A stretch of DNA of 64,000 bases, taken from NCBI RefSeq assembly GCF_044704955.1, contig NC_091987.1, forward strand, positions 117,304,001 through 117,368,000. Reading direction: 5' to 3'. This stretch comes from Pristiophorus japonicus. Taxonomy: Eukaryota. The position numbers were made by a program, and so were the translations under genes. The notes under the pieces were generated by a model. It did no database searches, had not been told where the DNA came from, and saw only the letters and a list, made by a program, of their open reading frames with translations. Positions 1-13,254 of the stretch are shown here, piece by piece; the stretch's first letter is position 1; each line of letters begins with the position of its first letter.

Positions 1-1599
1 TATATTTCCATGGATCAGTACACTGGGTAGACTGGAGGTTTATGCATTAAGAAGAACCTTTATTTGGCTTTTAGTGGCAGTAACATACCGTCATTTGATA
101 ACTAATAGAGGGCACTGTAAGGTTCTCAACTCTGATAAGAGTTTATATTACAACAGGGAGTTCGAGATTGTCCTCGCCAATGGAATTTAAATGGCTCTGT
201 GCGTGTTCCCCTCCCCCAACCATGGACTATGTCGTCTATTTGTATGGGCAAAATAATATTAGGCATCAAACCCTAAATGAGCATAATTCTAACTCTTGAG
301 ATGGTGGAGGGGTGGGTCAGTAATTAGTTGTAAAATAAAAGGATTCATACAGTTTTACATCACTTGTTCTAGTCACAGATCAGGGAAATGTGATCTGTAC
401 ATGGACAAGGTCACTGGTGCAAATACCCATGAATAACTTCAAGACAAAAAAAGCTCCACAGAAGCCATGAATAATTAAACAGAACTATTGATTTTTTTTT
501 CAAACATCATTAACACTGAATGATATAAAATCCTCGGTACTTTTATAGACACCAGAAAACCCTTGTAGTAATATCTAGTAGCACTGGAGACTATAAATAC
601 TGCACTGGGAAAAACTGCTCAAAACCAAACATTTTCTTGATTCAAATTTTTGAAAAAAATATTCTGGGTTATCTACTTATAAGGCTGGATAAAATAATAC
701 AGAAAGTAATATGGAGGTTTGGTTGACTTGGTGAGTTAGAAAGTTGTGTTGACTTGGTGAATTAGTAGGTGGTGTTGACTTGGTGGACAATAGTATTTTG
801 AGGGGGGGCAACTTATTGTCCTTATTTTAATCTATTCACTTATTATTGGCAATTTAGAATTTCATTAAGAAGACACTCAAGAACAAATGCCAGCCCCTTA
901 ATGCATTTAAAGAATAGGCCCCTCCTCTCTTTATTTACTAACATATCCAGGGTGTGGGCATGAAAATGGCGTTGATCTTGAAAATGTTCCCCAAATTATC
1001 TTGAGTGTACTTTGGGGTCCAGGGCACTTCCCTGGCCTAGGCCTCATTGGCAGTTTCTACATCCAGCCAAATGGCAGCCAATACACCAAACTTCAACAGG
1101 TGATTCTTTACCACTCCTACGCTCGGTCCTGATTGAACCACGGGAGCGGGAACTCCCATTTGTCTTGTAACGGTCAGACAGAGGCTCTGGCCCTGACAAG
1201 GTGAAGAAGAAAATCCCAGAAATGGTAGCGACCTGGTGCAACCAAGTTTTCACTCTTTTACGAGGAATTGTGCTGCAGTTACGGTTAGGGAGACAGTGGA
1301 ATTCCTGAGGAATTTGTTCTCCCCTCCCCTGCTTGCAAGGGTTGAAGTTGCACCGGGTGATATTAGTGACAAATGCATCAACTTTTTCATAGTCTTTATT
1401 AAAATACTGCAAAGAGGAATTTCATATGAATGTGTTAAAACATTCGTTATCAATATTGCTTGGTTCATTTCCAACCCATATTAATTAATACCTACTGTCA
1501 AAACTGATCCTGAAAGATGGAGGAGATTGCCTTTTTTCAAAATTTAGAATCACTGCCTGGAACCAGAAGCTTTCAGACTCAAGGCCCAGGGCTTGACTG

Positions 1600-2060
1600 C
1601 ATCATAGCTGAAGGTTATGTTGTCACCATACAAGGTCGTAGACAGACCCCAGCTGGACTACTACGGCCAGTTGTGTTCACCTGAAAACGAATTGTAGGAT
1701 TTTACAGCATAGAAGGGGACCATTCAGCCCATCACACTGATCATCAGAAGGATATGATGAGGCATTATAATGATTCCGAGTATCAGGGATTTAATTTACG
1801 GAGAAAAGGTGAGGATGTTGGGTTTTTTTTCTTTTGGAGAAAAAAAGAGATTCTGAGGTGGATGAATTGAATTTTTCAAGATTATGAAAGGGGTCTGACA
1901 AATTCTGCACTCTGGCAAGGGGTTCAAACTTCAGAGGAGACAAGTAAAAATATATAATAAATTAGAAGTAAGACAAAAAGTCAGGTAAAAATGTTCACCC
2001 AAAGCATAATGCAATTGTGGTGTAAGTTATTCAGGCCATTGAAACAGACATTGTTGGGTA
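1600..2060 (+). mobile_element. Old, decayed CR1 LINE 3' fragment
   Basis: Degenerate match to the CR1 RT C-terminal region seen elsewhere in the window (GTTATGTTG..CCCCAGCTGGACTAC; TTTTTCAAGATTATGAAAGGG). Confidence 0.55.
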
Positions 2061-3887
2061 ATTCTAGTGAGGCTTTCCTTCCAGGGTAGAGCCTTGCTTG
2101 CGGGTGTGTGGAAAGAAGAATCAGGTGCTGAGGTAAGCACTCCACATTTATGGCCCTGACAATGTTCCTGCGATTTAATCAAATATATTATATGAAATTA
2201 AATCAGGATTCATTAATTTAATTAAATTAGAAGCGCCTATCTCAAAACTCTATCTCCGATTCGCATTCCTGTTGAGGAAGCCTCCTTTTGCAATAGTTAT
2301 CACCATAACGGGGTCCCAGAAGCATTAGGGAAATAGGCATTGAGGAAGAGAATAAGAAGGTGGGTAAGTGCAGTTGAGACCAATCAAAAAGAGAGGTGAA
2401 AGTACTGATTACAGCTTAGAATTATGGGTAAACTAGAGGAATCCTGTACAGCTCTTAATTCACGTACAAGAGATTGGATGGGTTCTTATAGTTACAGGGC
2501 CCGAAGATGCTGGGGCTAAAGAAGGTGTAAGTTGTATTTGAGTCAGAGGGGCAGGGTTGGAATATGGTTAGCTCCTCCGCGAATCTGCTCCTTTTGGGCC
2601 TAAACTTAAAATTCCGCTGGGTGAAAGGGAGAGGTTTGTGGACAAATGTTCTGCCTGCACCCCCTCCCCGCCCCACCCGACCCCCCCCACACCTACTTCA
2701 ACAGGTTATGTCAGGGAGAGTTCCTGGCCTTCCTGCAGAAAATTCCTCCCTTTATACCCTTAAAAGGCCTCAGCAAAAATCACACCAGTTGGGACCCATG
2801 CAAGTCTATGTGAGATGTACTAAAGACCTCACACCTTTGTTAGAGCACAGTAATTGATTCTGGAGGGGATTGATTACCTTCTCTAGTTGGAGCGGCTCCA
2901 CTGGAAGATGAAAAGTTTCAAAAACAAAGATATTTCTTCAGGCCATTTGACTCCACGGAAAGGAAATTCGGGAGCGATGTATAACGGGCAGCGATATACT
3001 TTTGCCCGCTTTACACTAGAGTACAAAGTCAACATTACACACAAGCTGTTCTTCTTGTGTGAATCTTTCACTTCAGAGCAGGCCGAAACATGTCACAGAC
3101 CCATAGGGAATTTTTTGGTGATTTGTCTCGATTATAGTTATGGCATGTAAAGAACTGAGAACTAAATATATTTGCGACTTCTTGATTTTAGTAACAGTGC
3201 ACAGTGTATGCACTGTGTTACCTAACTTAATATCAAAGTCTGTATAAGTGGAAGTATTGATTTAAAGATCAAGGACTAAATAAAATAATTCTTCAGTATT
3301 GCATTAATTGCAATCAGTGACCTAATGTAATATACAATTAGACTGAGTTGATGCTCAAGAAAGAGCTTTCTCCAATAGCAATATAGCAGGACATTACCTG
3401 CAGTTCCTTTTGATTGGAGTTTTTTACTAGTATTATTCCACAGTCAAATACTTATAACAATGTGCTATTGGTAATGTCTTGTCATAAAAGATTAAAGAAT
3501 CTTGGTAATTTCTTGCATAGATCAAAAGTGTATCTTTTGGCACTAAATTTCCAAGACTTTGGACTAGATTTTGCACTTTTGTGCTTATCGCCCAAAAATG
3601 GGCATTATTTCCGGTGTGGATGGTAAAAAAGGGTTTTCAGATCGCCGGCTTCTCCCCCATTCTCAAAGCACCTAGTCTCCATTTTTGAAAATGGGCATTA
3701 CTGCGAGCGATATGAAATGGGCGGTAGCGTTAAATTTTTTTGACCTTCTGCCATAAAGTTTTGCCGTCCTTAGCAATGGCATGACAACGCTTGATTCCCA
3801 TGATTCAGGAGGTCTAGGATCATCATGACATGCGCAGAAGAGGAGACAGAGAGAGAGGGAGCTGAGAGGCACTGAAGGTGTGTCTGG

Positions 3888-5299
3888 GTGTGGTGTGGCT
3901 GCTTTGGGAGGAAGGAGGGAGATTTTAGAGCTTCACAGCAAGTAGGGAAACAAAAATTAGCAGATACCAGCCACATATTTGCCCGAATTTGGCCTATAAT
4001 CGAGAGAGAAGAGGAGGCATCACAGCCTGCTGTGGAGACTGACGCTGGAGAGAGCAGTGAGGTGGGAAAGGAGTACATTGGAGGGTACAAAAGAGCGAGG
4101 AGGTTCGCGGATGAGGCAACTGCCTCCCTCCTGCAGAAGGTCGAGTTACACTGGGGTGATTTGACACAGGGATGGCGTGGGAAGCCCACCCCAAAGGCCT
4201 ACCAGAGGATATGGACCGAGATAGCAGAGGTGGTCTCGTTGGCGACCAATGAGGTTCGTGAGGGCAACCAATGCCGCAAACGATGGAACGATCTTGAGGG
4301 ATCCGCAAGAGTAAGTATTACATTTATTTACATGTACTTATGTATTTATATAATTTGATTTGTAACAGTCATGAGTGACTATCAGCAGATGTGAGGTCTT
4401 TCACTTTTACCGGGAATGTTTTACTCAAAGCCTGCGGTCACGGTGTACGTCTTTAGGTAAAGAATGATAATTTTCATAATAATCATGATTACATCTGTCG
4501 GTTATGTGTTGTATCAGCTCTGTGACAGTACATAGCAATGATATCATGCAATGATCTCATGCCATGTCATGCAGAAGAAGCTATTGACGATGAGGTCTGT
4601 GCGGAGGCGAAGGAGTGGGGGGGCCACCAATCCCCAGCGCCATCACTGAGATGGCAGAGCGTGGACTTCGAAGAACCTGCATCGCCACGCTTCAGAGGTC
4701 ATTCCACCCCAAGGCCATCTAGTGGTCCTCCGGTCATTCCCACCTCCACTCTGGAGGTGCCAGCCCCAAGCACCTCCCCACAGGGCACCCCATTTGTCCC
4801 CAGGACGGAGCCGACCCTGCGGAGGCCTCGTGGACATGGCAGGGCTGTTCCACGAGCGCCACATAACAGCGGAGAGATGATACATTTGTCCAGGAGGACT
4901 GTAGACATTGGTGACCAGTGCATAGAAGCATTTGGGGGCATATCCCGACAGCTGGCCACCATGACTGAGTACATTCCGCGGATGGCGGAGGCCCTGGATG
5001 CGATAGCCAGGAACACTGCTGGCGCAGTCCTCCCAGTGGTCCCAGAGCGCGGCACTCCACCAGTAGGTTCCGCACCACCACTGCGAATGACAGATGAGAG
5101 CAAGGACCAAGATCCTGCTTCTGCATCAGAGAATGTTGCCCCCTCGGCACCCCCCGCTCCCATACCCGTGCAACCAACGCATCTGCCTTCATCCCCCCAA
5201 ATGAGGCACCACCTGAGGAGCTCCCCCGTCAGGTGCAGTGGAGCAAGGAGGGGAAGGGGTAGAGGTGGGAAGAAGAAGGGGAGGGGGGAAGGAAAGTGA
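3888..5299 (+). pseudogene. Harbinger Myb/SANT-like DNA-binding protein, spliced (donor GTAAGT at 4311, acceptor CAG ending 4574), frameshifted in exon 2
   Basis: ARRFADEATASLL..IWTEIAEVVS..QCRKRWNDL is a Myb/SANT (MSANTD-type) motif; exon 2 starts KKLLTMRSVRRRRSGG and is followed by a Pro-rich region ending in a basic RGRGRGGKKK tail. Confidence 0.75.
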
Positions 5300-5710
5300 G
5301 GTGCATGTCTTCAGGTGATAGCTGTATTATATCTCCATCTTGTTGTAATGTATGAGGGCTGGGGTCCATCCTCCTGCTTTGCCTTTGTATTCTGTGTTGC
5401 TGGACATGTTGAACATTTGATTAATGTCAATGGTGGAAAAAATGGGGTGTCGGCTGGGGTTGGCCAGTGATACTTATGATTTCAGACCAATGTTGGTATA
5501 AACATTTTTTTATTGAACATAACCTTGTTGCGCATCGTCTCAGATAGCTGGACCGTTACACACTGGTGATTTCTTAACATGAAAGGGTTAAATACAACTT
5601 AACTTCAATCAACGTAAACTTTAACTGGCACCAAGATGATGGGCACCATTGATGTCTGAGCTGCACACACACAGCAGTGTGTCAGCGTTGTCATTCACAT
5701 CAACGTTCTT

Positions 5711-6040
5711 TCAGGCAAATCGTTTAGATATCAGCTCCTCACTTAAGAGTCTTGCAGCTATGTAGCCACCACGGGCCCTTTCCTGTGGTCTGGAGGGGTT
5801 CGTGGGCATGGTTGCATAGCCAGCCTGATTGTCTGGCCCTAGGTCAGCATCCAGCCCCTCGTCGTCCTCTTCCTCTCTCTCCTGAGGTGGAGCATCAGTC
5901 CCTTCTGGCAATTCTCGGCCCCTCCTGATAGCCAGGTTGTGCAGCACGTATTTACCTACTTTCTCAGGGTTGTATTGTAGTTCCCCTCCCGAGTGGTCAA
6001 GACATCTGAAGCGCTGCTTAAGCACAGTTATTGTTTGCTG
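5711..6040 (-). pseudogene. Harbinger (HARBI1-like DDE) transposase C-terminal remnant
   Basis: [31 protein letters not shown] followed by an acidic stretch; the catalytic N-terminal part is missing. Confidence 0.85.
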
Positions 6041-7257
6041 GCCCCATTGCATTGAAAATATAGTAGCGATTGATCAGAAGCAATGATTTCTTCACTAAAA
6101 TACACCAACAGTAAACCCCCAATAGTCCAGGATCTGAAAATATGTCTGTTGAGATGTTCACTTCACCTGAGAAGAACTCCAGAGTCAATGCAAACTCCCC
6201 CAAAGTTGAAGCAGCCTTTTGAATGAAGCAACCTGCGATTTTTAAAATGGCAGCACACTGCTGGCGTCATTCAGAACAGTTCCACTTTTTCTGGGCATTT
6301 TTTTGGCAAGCAATATTGTGGATGATATGTGTGCAAAGTGATGAAAGTGATGGTGGGTGATCTCCTGGGCGTTAGTTTCGCCAAATGTGCTCTTTATGAC
6401 AAAAATAGTGGGCAGGAGGTATTATTAAATCTCGGCGATAATTCGCGCGGAAAATAACGCCGGGTGATATTATGGCTGTTGATTTCGCCCATTCTGATGA
6501 TTCTGTCCAAAAAAGTTGGGCGGGCGATAATATTTTTTCCCGGAGTTAAGCACACGGAGAAAGTAACGCTCGGTGATAAGTTTCCTAAAAATCCCTGTCA
6601 TTGTGCCAAATTGGGCAATATTTGGGCATTAGATGTCATTTCAGCAGTAAAATGGGCGTTAAGTGGGCGTTAAGCATGCAAAAAAAGTGGAAGTTCTAGT
6701 CAATTAATTTTTACTAGAAATTGTGTTTTATGGTGAACACCAGGGGTTAATAAATGTTGTTTTAAGCCTTATTTGATGTTGGTTGAGCAACTATTGATAC
6801 TCAAGTTTATCTACACATTGAGTCAACTTTGGTTTGATAAATCTGGATGGAAAACCTGAACTTCAATATCAGAGATTATATTGTCCAGATGCATTAAATT
6901 GGGACTGGATCAATGAAGGGGGCAGGAACTCATCGGAAGTAGGAGATAATAGCTATTGATCAATTGTGTAGCTGTAATTTACAATTTAATACGGTACCAC
7001 AGTGCTGCAGTTAAGCTAAGTGATAATCCTCCATCTGGTTGAGAAGTCGGAGCACTGCCAATTTAAGCAAACCAAAGGTGAAGACATTCTCGGCAACCAT
7101 TAACAAATTAATTAGACATTGACTTGTCTGCACAATGTCATCAAAAAGGTAAGGAATGTGAGAATATCAGCTTTTAATTATTTAATTAATGCAAAACATA
7201 GTCACAGTAATAAATAGCAAACTAAACATTTCCCTTTCTGACATAAATTACTGAAGA

Positions 7258-7716
7258 CATGAATGATTCCAGGAGTGAGGGATCTCAGTTACATTGATAG
7301 ACTGGAGAAGCTGGGCTTGTTCTCTTATTGCAGAGAAGATTGAGAGGAGATTTGATAGAAGTGTTCAAAATCATGAGGGGTCTGGATAGGGTAGATAGAA
7401 AGAAACTGTTCCCATTGGCGAAAGGGTTGAGAACCAGAGGATACAGACTTAAGGTGATTGGCAAAAGAACGGTGACATAAGAAAGGCGACATTAAAAAAA
7501 TCTTTAACACAGCGAGTGGTTATGATCTAGAATGCACTGTCTGAAAGGGTGGTGGAGGCAGACTCAATTTTATCTTTCAAAAGGGACTTGGATAAGTACC
7601 TGAAGGAGAAAAAAATTGGACGGCTACGGCAAAAGGGCAGGGGAGTGGAACTAGCGGAGAGACGGTATGGGTTCGATGGGCCGAATGGTCTTCTTCCGTG
7701 CTGTAACCATTCTATG
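7258..7716 (+). mobile_element. CR1 LINE 3' fragment
   Basis: RT C-terminal motifs (LEKLGLFS..RRLRGDLIEVFKIMRGLDRVD..FTQRVV) and a CATTCTATGATT tail. Confidence 0.85.
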
Positions 7717-9139
7717 ATTGTGTGTGCATTTCTATGTGGCAAAGCTAATTCACTGTGGAGGTAAGTTGATGAGATCAAAGATTTTCCATTTGGTTGCATC
7801 ATTGCTGATTTGTCGGTGATCAATGGAGAAAATAAATTCTCCTTTTTTGAGCCGTTTGATCAACAGTGGAGAATCCCTACATCCCTACATCCTGGTATTA
7901 AACCTCAGACATTGTCTCACTTGGTTTTCTGTTTCCAAGCAGTTGATGGTGGTTCAGAGAAAGGTCATTTCTGGTAATGAAAAGACTTAGACAGTTTTCA
8001 GTGTCTCCCCAGGTTACCATTGTGTCCCACAACAGCCCTCAGATAAAATGTGGTAACATCTGCAACAGAAATTAAACACACATCTAAAAACTGCCCTCCA
8101 GTCCCAAACCACTTTTCTGAAACACTTGCACATTGCTCTGTTTATGTATTTTATGAACGGAGATTTTTATCAGCTATTGGATTTCCCCAGATGAAGAACA
8201 GTATGAAACTACTTGACATCAAGTATAAATAATAAGTACTCGCATTGATAACATAAATTAATATGTGTTTTTACAAAAACAAATGTTATTCTCTGACAAC
8301 ATGAAAAAAATGTTTCAAAGTCCTAAGGAGAATTACAAGGTTATTTGGACTACTGAAAAATCAATAATCTTGGCTTAAATTCCTGATTATCCACCAAAGC
8401 TTCAGCCTTTGAGCCTTAACTAGGATGTCCGGTAGATTCATCAAGAAACACTGGAGCGAATGATTTGGCAAAAGAAATAGTTCTGAATGTGCTGGGGTTG
8501 AAGTAATATTTGAATAGACAATGATGGTGCATCTTGTGGTGGGAGAAGTCTTTAGAAACATTTCCAAAGTAAATTCACAAATATTGCATGAGGCCAGTTA
8601 GTTTTTATGGTCCTGAGTGTAAGGAGGGAGAGGCCTTAGTCTATGTATAAATGACTTTTTACAGACTCTACCCATTCCATTTTAATCTCCTAAGGAAAGG
8701 TTTCTCAGACTTTCTCTCTGACCCCTCCATAAATAAAGCAAAACTTCAGAATATTTGTCTACCATTACATCCTACATGAAGCTAACTTGAATTCAGGAGA
8801 AGAGATTGAGTTCCATGTGTCTGTCAGCTGTAATAGTTTACTGACAGCACATATGCCAACCATTTGCATTTCACATGGACATTCAGCATCTTGGAGTCAT
8901 TATCCAAGTCCCCACATTCATAGATTTAAAAAATAGCATTGCTCCCAGCTCTGTCCCTCATTGCTGCTTCCAACCCAGGCATACATTTCTGCCGGCCACA
9001 GCTACTCCAGGGAATGGAACATGCTGAAATTGCCGCAATAGCTTTACGAGATCAAGAATTCCCACCACAGAGTGCAGCAGAGTTCCTTCCTCTGTATCAA
9101 CAACAGCCAATAGGAGCTGGGAGTGGTGAGGGGGTATAA

Positions 9140-9316
9140 ACTTGCAGAATGGGCATGAAATTGTAAAATTAATTTCAATACAGATAAGGGTGAGGTGATG
9201 CATTTTGGTAGGCAGAGTAACAAGGCCGCATACTGCTTGGAAAACAAGAGTCTAAATAGGGTAGAGGAGCAAAGGGATCTGGGGATACAGACACACAAAT
9301 CATTAAAGTAGAGAAG
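9140..9316 (+). mobile_element. CR1 fragment abutting the next Harbinger element
   Basis: GAGGTGATGCATTTTGGTAGG..GAGCAAAGGGATCTGGGG (EVMHFG..EQRDLG). Confidence 0.65.
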
Positions 9317-9319
9317 TAG

Positions 9320-10972
9320 GGCTGAATTTTCGGCTTTTTTCATTTTTGCCCGTTTCCTGGCGCAATTTGCAGCGGAGCCAAAAATTTAACGCCGGGTTAA
9401 TGTTAGCGGTAGAGCTAGGAACTTTCACCGAACGAAAGTTCACGAGGAGCATTAGTGTTAACCCCGGTGTTGCACCACACACTTTGCGCGCCGGAGCTGA
9501 AAGTTCCGGCGCTGAAAAAAAATTGGCAAATCCGCAAATGTTTTTTTTTCTTCCCGCGCTTCTGGTCTGGTCTTCAGTCGCAAATGCTAATGCAGGGCGC
9601 GGCCGCGCGCATGCACTGTACAACCGGGGCTGAATCAGCCATTTTACAATTCGATTTTGATCATGGAGGACTACGATTCCAGACAGCGTGCCAGGCGATT
9701 CTCCTGAACTGGTCCTGCAGTCCTCATTGGCAATTCCTGTCCCCTCATGATGGTAAGTTGTGCAGCATGCAGCACACCACAATAAACTCAGAGACCTGCT
9801 GAGGGGAATATTGCAGGCAGCCTCCAGAGTGGTCCAGGCATCGGAAGCACTGCTTGAGCACTCCAATTGTCTGTTCAACGATGTTCCGTGTGGCTGCATG
9901 GCTCTCATTATAGTGATGCTCAGCTTCTGTCTGAGGGTTCTGGAGGGGGGTCACGAGCCAGGTGGCGAGGCCATAACCTTTGTCCCCGAGCATCCAGCTC
10001 TGGCCTTGTGGTTGACGCTGGGGCATTATGGATGCTCCATGGATATTGGGCATTGACTCCCACGATGCGCTGAGTATGGTCGCAGATGATCTGTACGTTC
10101 ATGGAGTGGAATTCCTTTCGGTTTCGATAAACCTCTGGATTATGTAAAGGTGCTCACAGGGCAAAGTGCGTACAGTCAAGGGCACCCTGAACCTTGGGGA
10201 AGCCAGAAAATAATCCAAAACCCACAGGGCTCTCGTTTTGGGTCTCCCTGGTCATTGGTAAGTTTATGAAGTCCATTCTGCATGTATACAGTGCATTAGT
10301 CACCTGGTGAATGCAGCAATGTGTAGCATGCTGCGAGATGGAGCATATGTGCCCCGCTGATGCCTGAAAGGAGCCGGAGGGATAGATGGCAAGTGCCACA
10401 GTCACGTTCACCTCAACAGGCAGTGCAGTCCTGTTGCCGCTGGTAGGCTGCAGGCCTGCCTGTATGAGCTGGCATATCTCTGTGACCATCTCTTTTGGAA
10501 GGGCAGCCTTCTAACATACTGTGCCTCAGAGAGCTGCAGGTATGAGCGATGTACCCTGTAAACTCATGGATTCCTCCTCCCCATACATCTGTGACCTCTT
10601 CGATTAAGTTGCAAATGATCAACAATAAGCCTTCTTCAAGCTTGAACCCAAATGAATATGGCAGCCAGGATTACTGGCTCCCAACCTAGCATGGCTCCCA
10701 CCTAAACTGTCCCAAAGCATCCTTTATAAAAACAAAATAGAAACTCACATAAACTTCACAATTAAAAGTATGCAGTAACGCAGCGTTCTTCTCCCAATCC
10801 TTTTAATCACTCACAACTGTGACAGGGCGGTAAGTTTTAATGCCGCTACAAAACCATTGGCGGAAATTCCGCCCGGGTGCAAAATCTTGTGCATCTCGTT
10901 TCACGTTCCAAAAATCATTTTTGCGCCCCACTGAGGTGCTAAATGGGCCGCGAATCAGCTGAAAATCCAGCA
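9320..10972 (-). mobile_element. PIF/Harbinger element carrying a degenerate transposase only
   Basis: TIRs GGCTGAATTTTCGGC and GCTGAAAATCCAGCA; 3-bp TSD TAG on both sides. Confidence 0.85.
9745..10560 (-). pseudogene. HARBI1-like DDE transposase pseudogene (frameshifted)
   Basis: Motifs spread over three frames: [65 protein letters not shown]. Confidence 0.9.
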
Positions 10973-11242
10973 TAGGATAATGAAGAAAAAAAGAAAGACA
11001 TGGATTTATATAATGCCTTTCACGACCACCGGACATCTCAAAGCACTCTACAGCCAATGAAGTACTTTTGAAGTGTAGTCCCTGTCGGAAATGCGGCAGC
11101 CAATTTGCGCACAGCAAGCTCCCACAAACAGCAATGTGATAATGACCAGCTAATTTGTTTTTCTGTTATGTTGATTGAGGGATAAATATTGCCCAGGACA
11201 CCATGGATAACTTCCCTGCTCTTCTTCGAAATAGTGCCATGG

Positions 11243-11760
11243 GAGTAGGAGAATAGCAAGGGGCCAGAATTGGAGGAGCGGGGCGGGGGAGCGGGAGCAG
11301 TCGTAGGGCTGGAGGGGGTTACAGAGATAGGGAGGGGTGAGACCACGGAGAGATTTTGGAAAGAAGAATTGTAAATCGGGCGATGCCAGAGGCCGCAGAG
11401 GTTTAGTGAGAGGTGGGTGCAGAACGCGTGACATCAGCGTAAATATGGAAGGTGACCCCACTTCTGTGGGTGAGCTCACCAAGGGGCTGCATGCACATGA
11501 GGAAAGGGCTCCCAGGATAGAGCCTTGGAATGCTCCTGAGGGGATAGAAGTGCTCGCGCTACAATCAGATAGGTTGCCGTTTACCTCCTGCCTCCTTCGG
11601 TCTTCAGACCCATTCTCAACCGAGATAGGGAACTCATCAACTGGCTGCCAATCCTGAAAGGCCAACAAGAGCCAACAGATTGTCGTGGTGTCAAAGTTGG
11701 CTTGGAGCATCTGCAATTTGGCAGCTGCCCCCAAACGTGGAGTCAGTGTGCTACTCGAAC
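11243..11760 (-). mobile_element. L2 LINE RT fragment
   Basis: Minus strand reads SGAFQGSILG (PQGS-type motif) and FHIYADVT (YADD-type motif). Confidence 0.6.
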
Positions 11761-11814
11761 TCTGATTGCAGGTATATATAGAGAGCATACTAGATATATA
11801 CTAGGGTATATACT

Positions 11815-12050
11815 AGAGAATCATAGAATGATACAGCACAGGAGGAGGCCATTTAGCCCATCTTGCTAAAGAACTATCCAATTAGTCCCACTCTCCCTTG
11901 CTCTTTCCACACATCCCTGAACATTCTCCCCCTTCAAGTATTTATCCAATTCCCTTTGGAAAGTTACTATTGAATCTGCTTCCACCGTCCTTTCAGGCAG
12001 CGTGTTCCAGATCATAACAACTCGCTGCGTAAAAAAATGTGTCTTCATGT
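11815..12050 (-). mobile_element. CR1 3' end fragment
   Basis: FFTQRVVMIWNTLPERTVEADS; AGAATCATAGAATG tail. Confidence 0.8.
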
Positions 12051-12159
12051 CTTCATGTGCTCAAGTCTCTGGAGCGGCACTCAAATCCATGACCTTCTGA
12101 TTCAGAGGCAAAAGTGCTACCCACTGCACCACGACTGACATAATGTGATGGTGGGGATC

Positions 12160-12870
12160 AACATAGGAAGAGGAGGAGGCCCATTCAGCCCCTCGGGCCT
12201 GTTCTGCCATTCAATTAGATCATGGCTGGTCTGTACTTCAACTTCATTTCCCGCCTTTGGTCCATATACCTCGATCTCCTTATCCAACAATAATCTGGCG
12301 ATCTCAATCTTGAAAGCTCCAATTGACCGCCCAGAATCCACAGCCTTTTGGAGAAGAGAGCTCTGGATTTCCACTCCCCTTCGTATGAGGAAGCGCTTCC
12401 TGACATCACCCCTGAATAGCCTGGCTCTATTTTTAAGGTTACGCCCCCTTGTTCTGGACTCCCCCCGTCAGAAGAAATAGTTTCTCTCTCTCGACCTCAT
12501 CAAATCCCTGGAATACAAAGGGGAGGAAGTGATGCTTCAGTTGTACAGAGCTCTGGTCAGACCACATCTGGAGTAACTGCGTCCAGTTTTGGGCACCGCA
12601 CCTCGGGAAGGCTATGTTGGCCTTGAAGGGTGTGCAACGCAGATTCACCAGAATGATACGGGGCTAAAAGGGTTAAATTCTGAGGACAGGTTGCACAGAC
12701 TAGGCTTGTGTTCTCTCCAGTTTAGAAGATTGAGGGGTGATCTAGTCGAGGTGCCTAACATGTTAAAAGGATTCGATAGGGTTGATAGATAGAAACTATT
12801 TCCTCCGGAGCAGCTGGAACGAGAGGCTGAATGACCTCCTTTGGTCCTAAAGTTCCTATGTTTTTAGATC
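12160..12870. mobile_element. Back-to-back CR1 3' fragments (- strand 12160-12505; + strand 12506-12870)
   Basis: Minus piece runs from FDEVEREKLF to the 3' tail; plus piece reads EYKG.EVMLQLYRALVRPHLE..RRLRGDLVEV..FDRVD. Confidence 0.75.
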
Positions 12871-13254
12871 ACATCTCAGGATGCCAGACTAGAGAAAGAA
12901 TCAAGCTTACTGGAAGAGGGGCTGCAACCTCACACACTGTACGCACACATCGAACACGGACTCCTCCAGACCGTAGAAATTGCAGGCAGCCTGGGAGTCT
13001 GTGAACCACCTTAAAAACTTATTGCACATGACTTCTCCGTGCAACACCCTCCAGGCTAAGTCCCCAATAAATAGAGGGAGGACTCCCGCGTAGAGAGCCC
13101 TCTGAACAGCTTTACAAACCTGCGAGCATACTCACAGGTGCAAACATTACATGTGGTTCCTCCAGCCTCTTTTCTCTTGCCCGCTCTATGCTTGGCTATG
13201 CCTCTTTGAAGGAAAAAACTATGCTATAAAATAAGGCTACGGAAAGCAAAAATA

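Larger units (their letters stand above)
3561..6702. mobile_element. PIF/Harbinger DNA transposon, internally deleted (Myb/SANT gene on +, transposase C-terminal remnant on -)
   Basis: Imperfect TIRs GGACTAGATTTTGCACTTTT (3561) and AAAAGTGGAAGTTCTAGTCA (ends 6702); convergent Myb-like and transposase ORFs typical of Harbinger. Confidence 0.85.
10985..12140 (-). mobile_element. Deu-domain tRNA SINE interrupted by L2 and CR1 fragments (SINE parts about 10985-11242 and 12056-12140)
   Basis: Matches the complete copy at 61174-61637 (AAGCTCCCACAAACAGCAATGTGATAATGACC; GTGCTCAAGTCTCTGGAG..GTGCTACCCACTG). Confidence 0.75.

Noticed and set aside
720-790. Three GTTGACTTGGTG repeats with short spacers (CRISPR-like at a glance)
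   Set aside because: A degenerate ~27-bp tandem repeat in vertebrate DNA; the spacers resemble each other and there are no cas genes.
9745-10560. Domesticated HARBI1 host gene
   Set aside because: Frameshifted and bounded by TIRs and a TSD, so it is a transposon copy.
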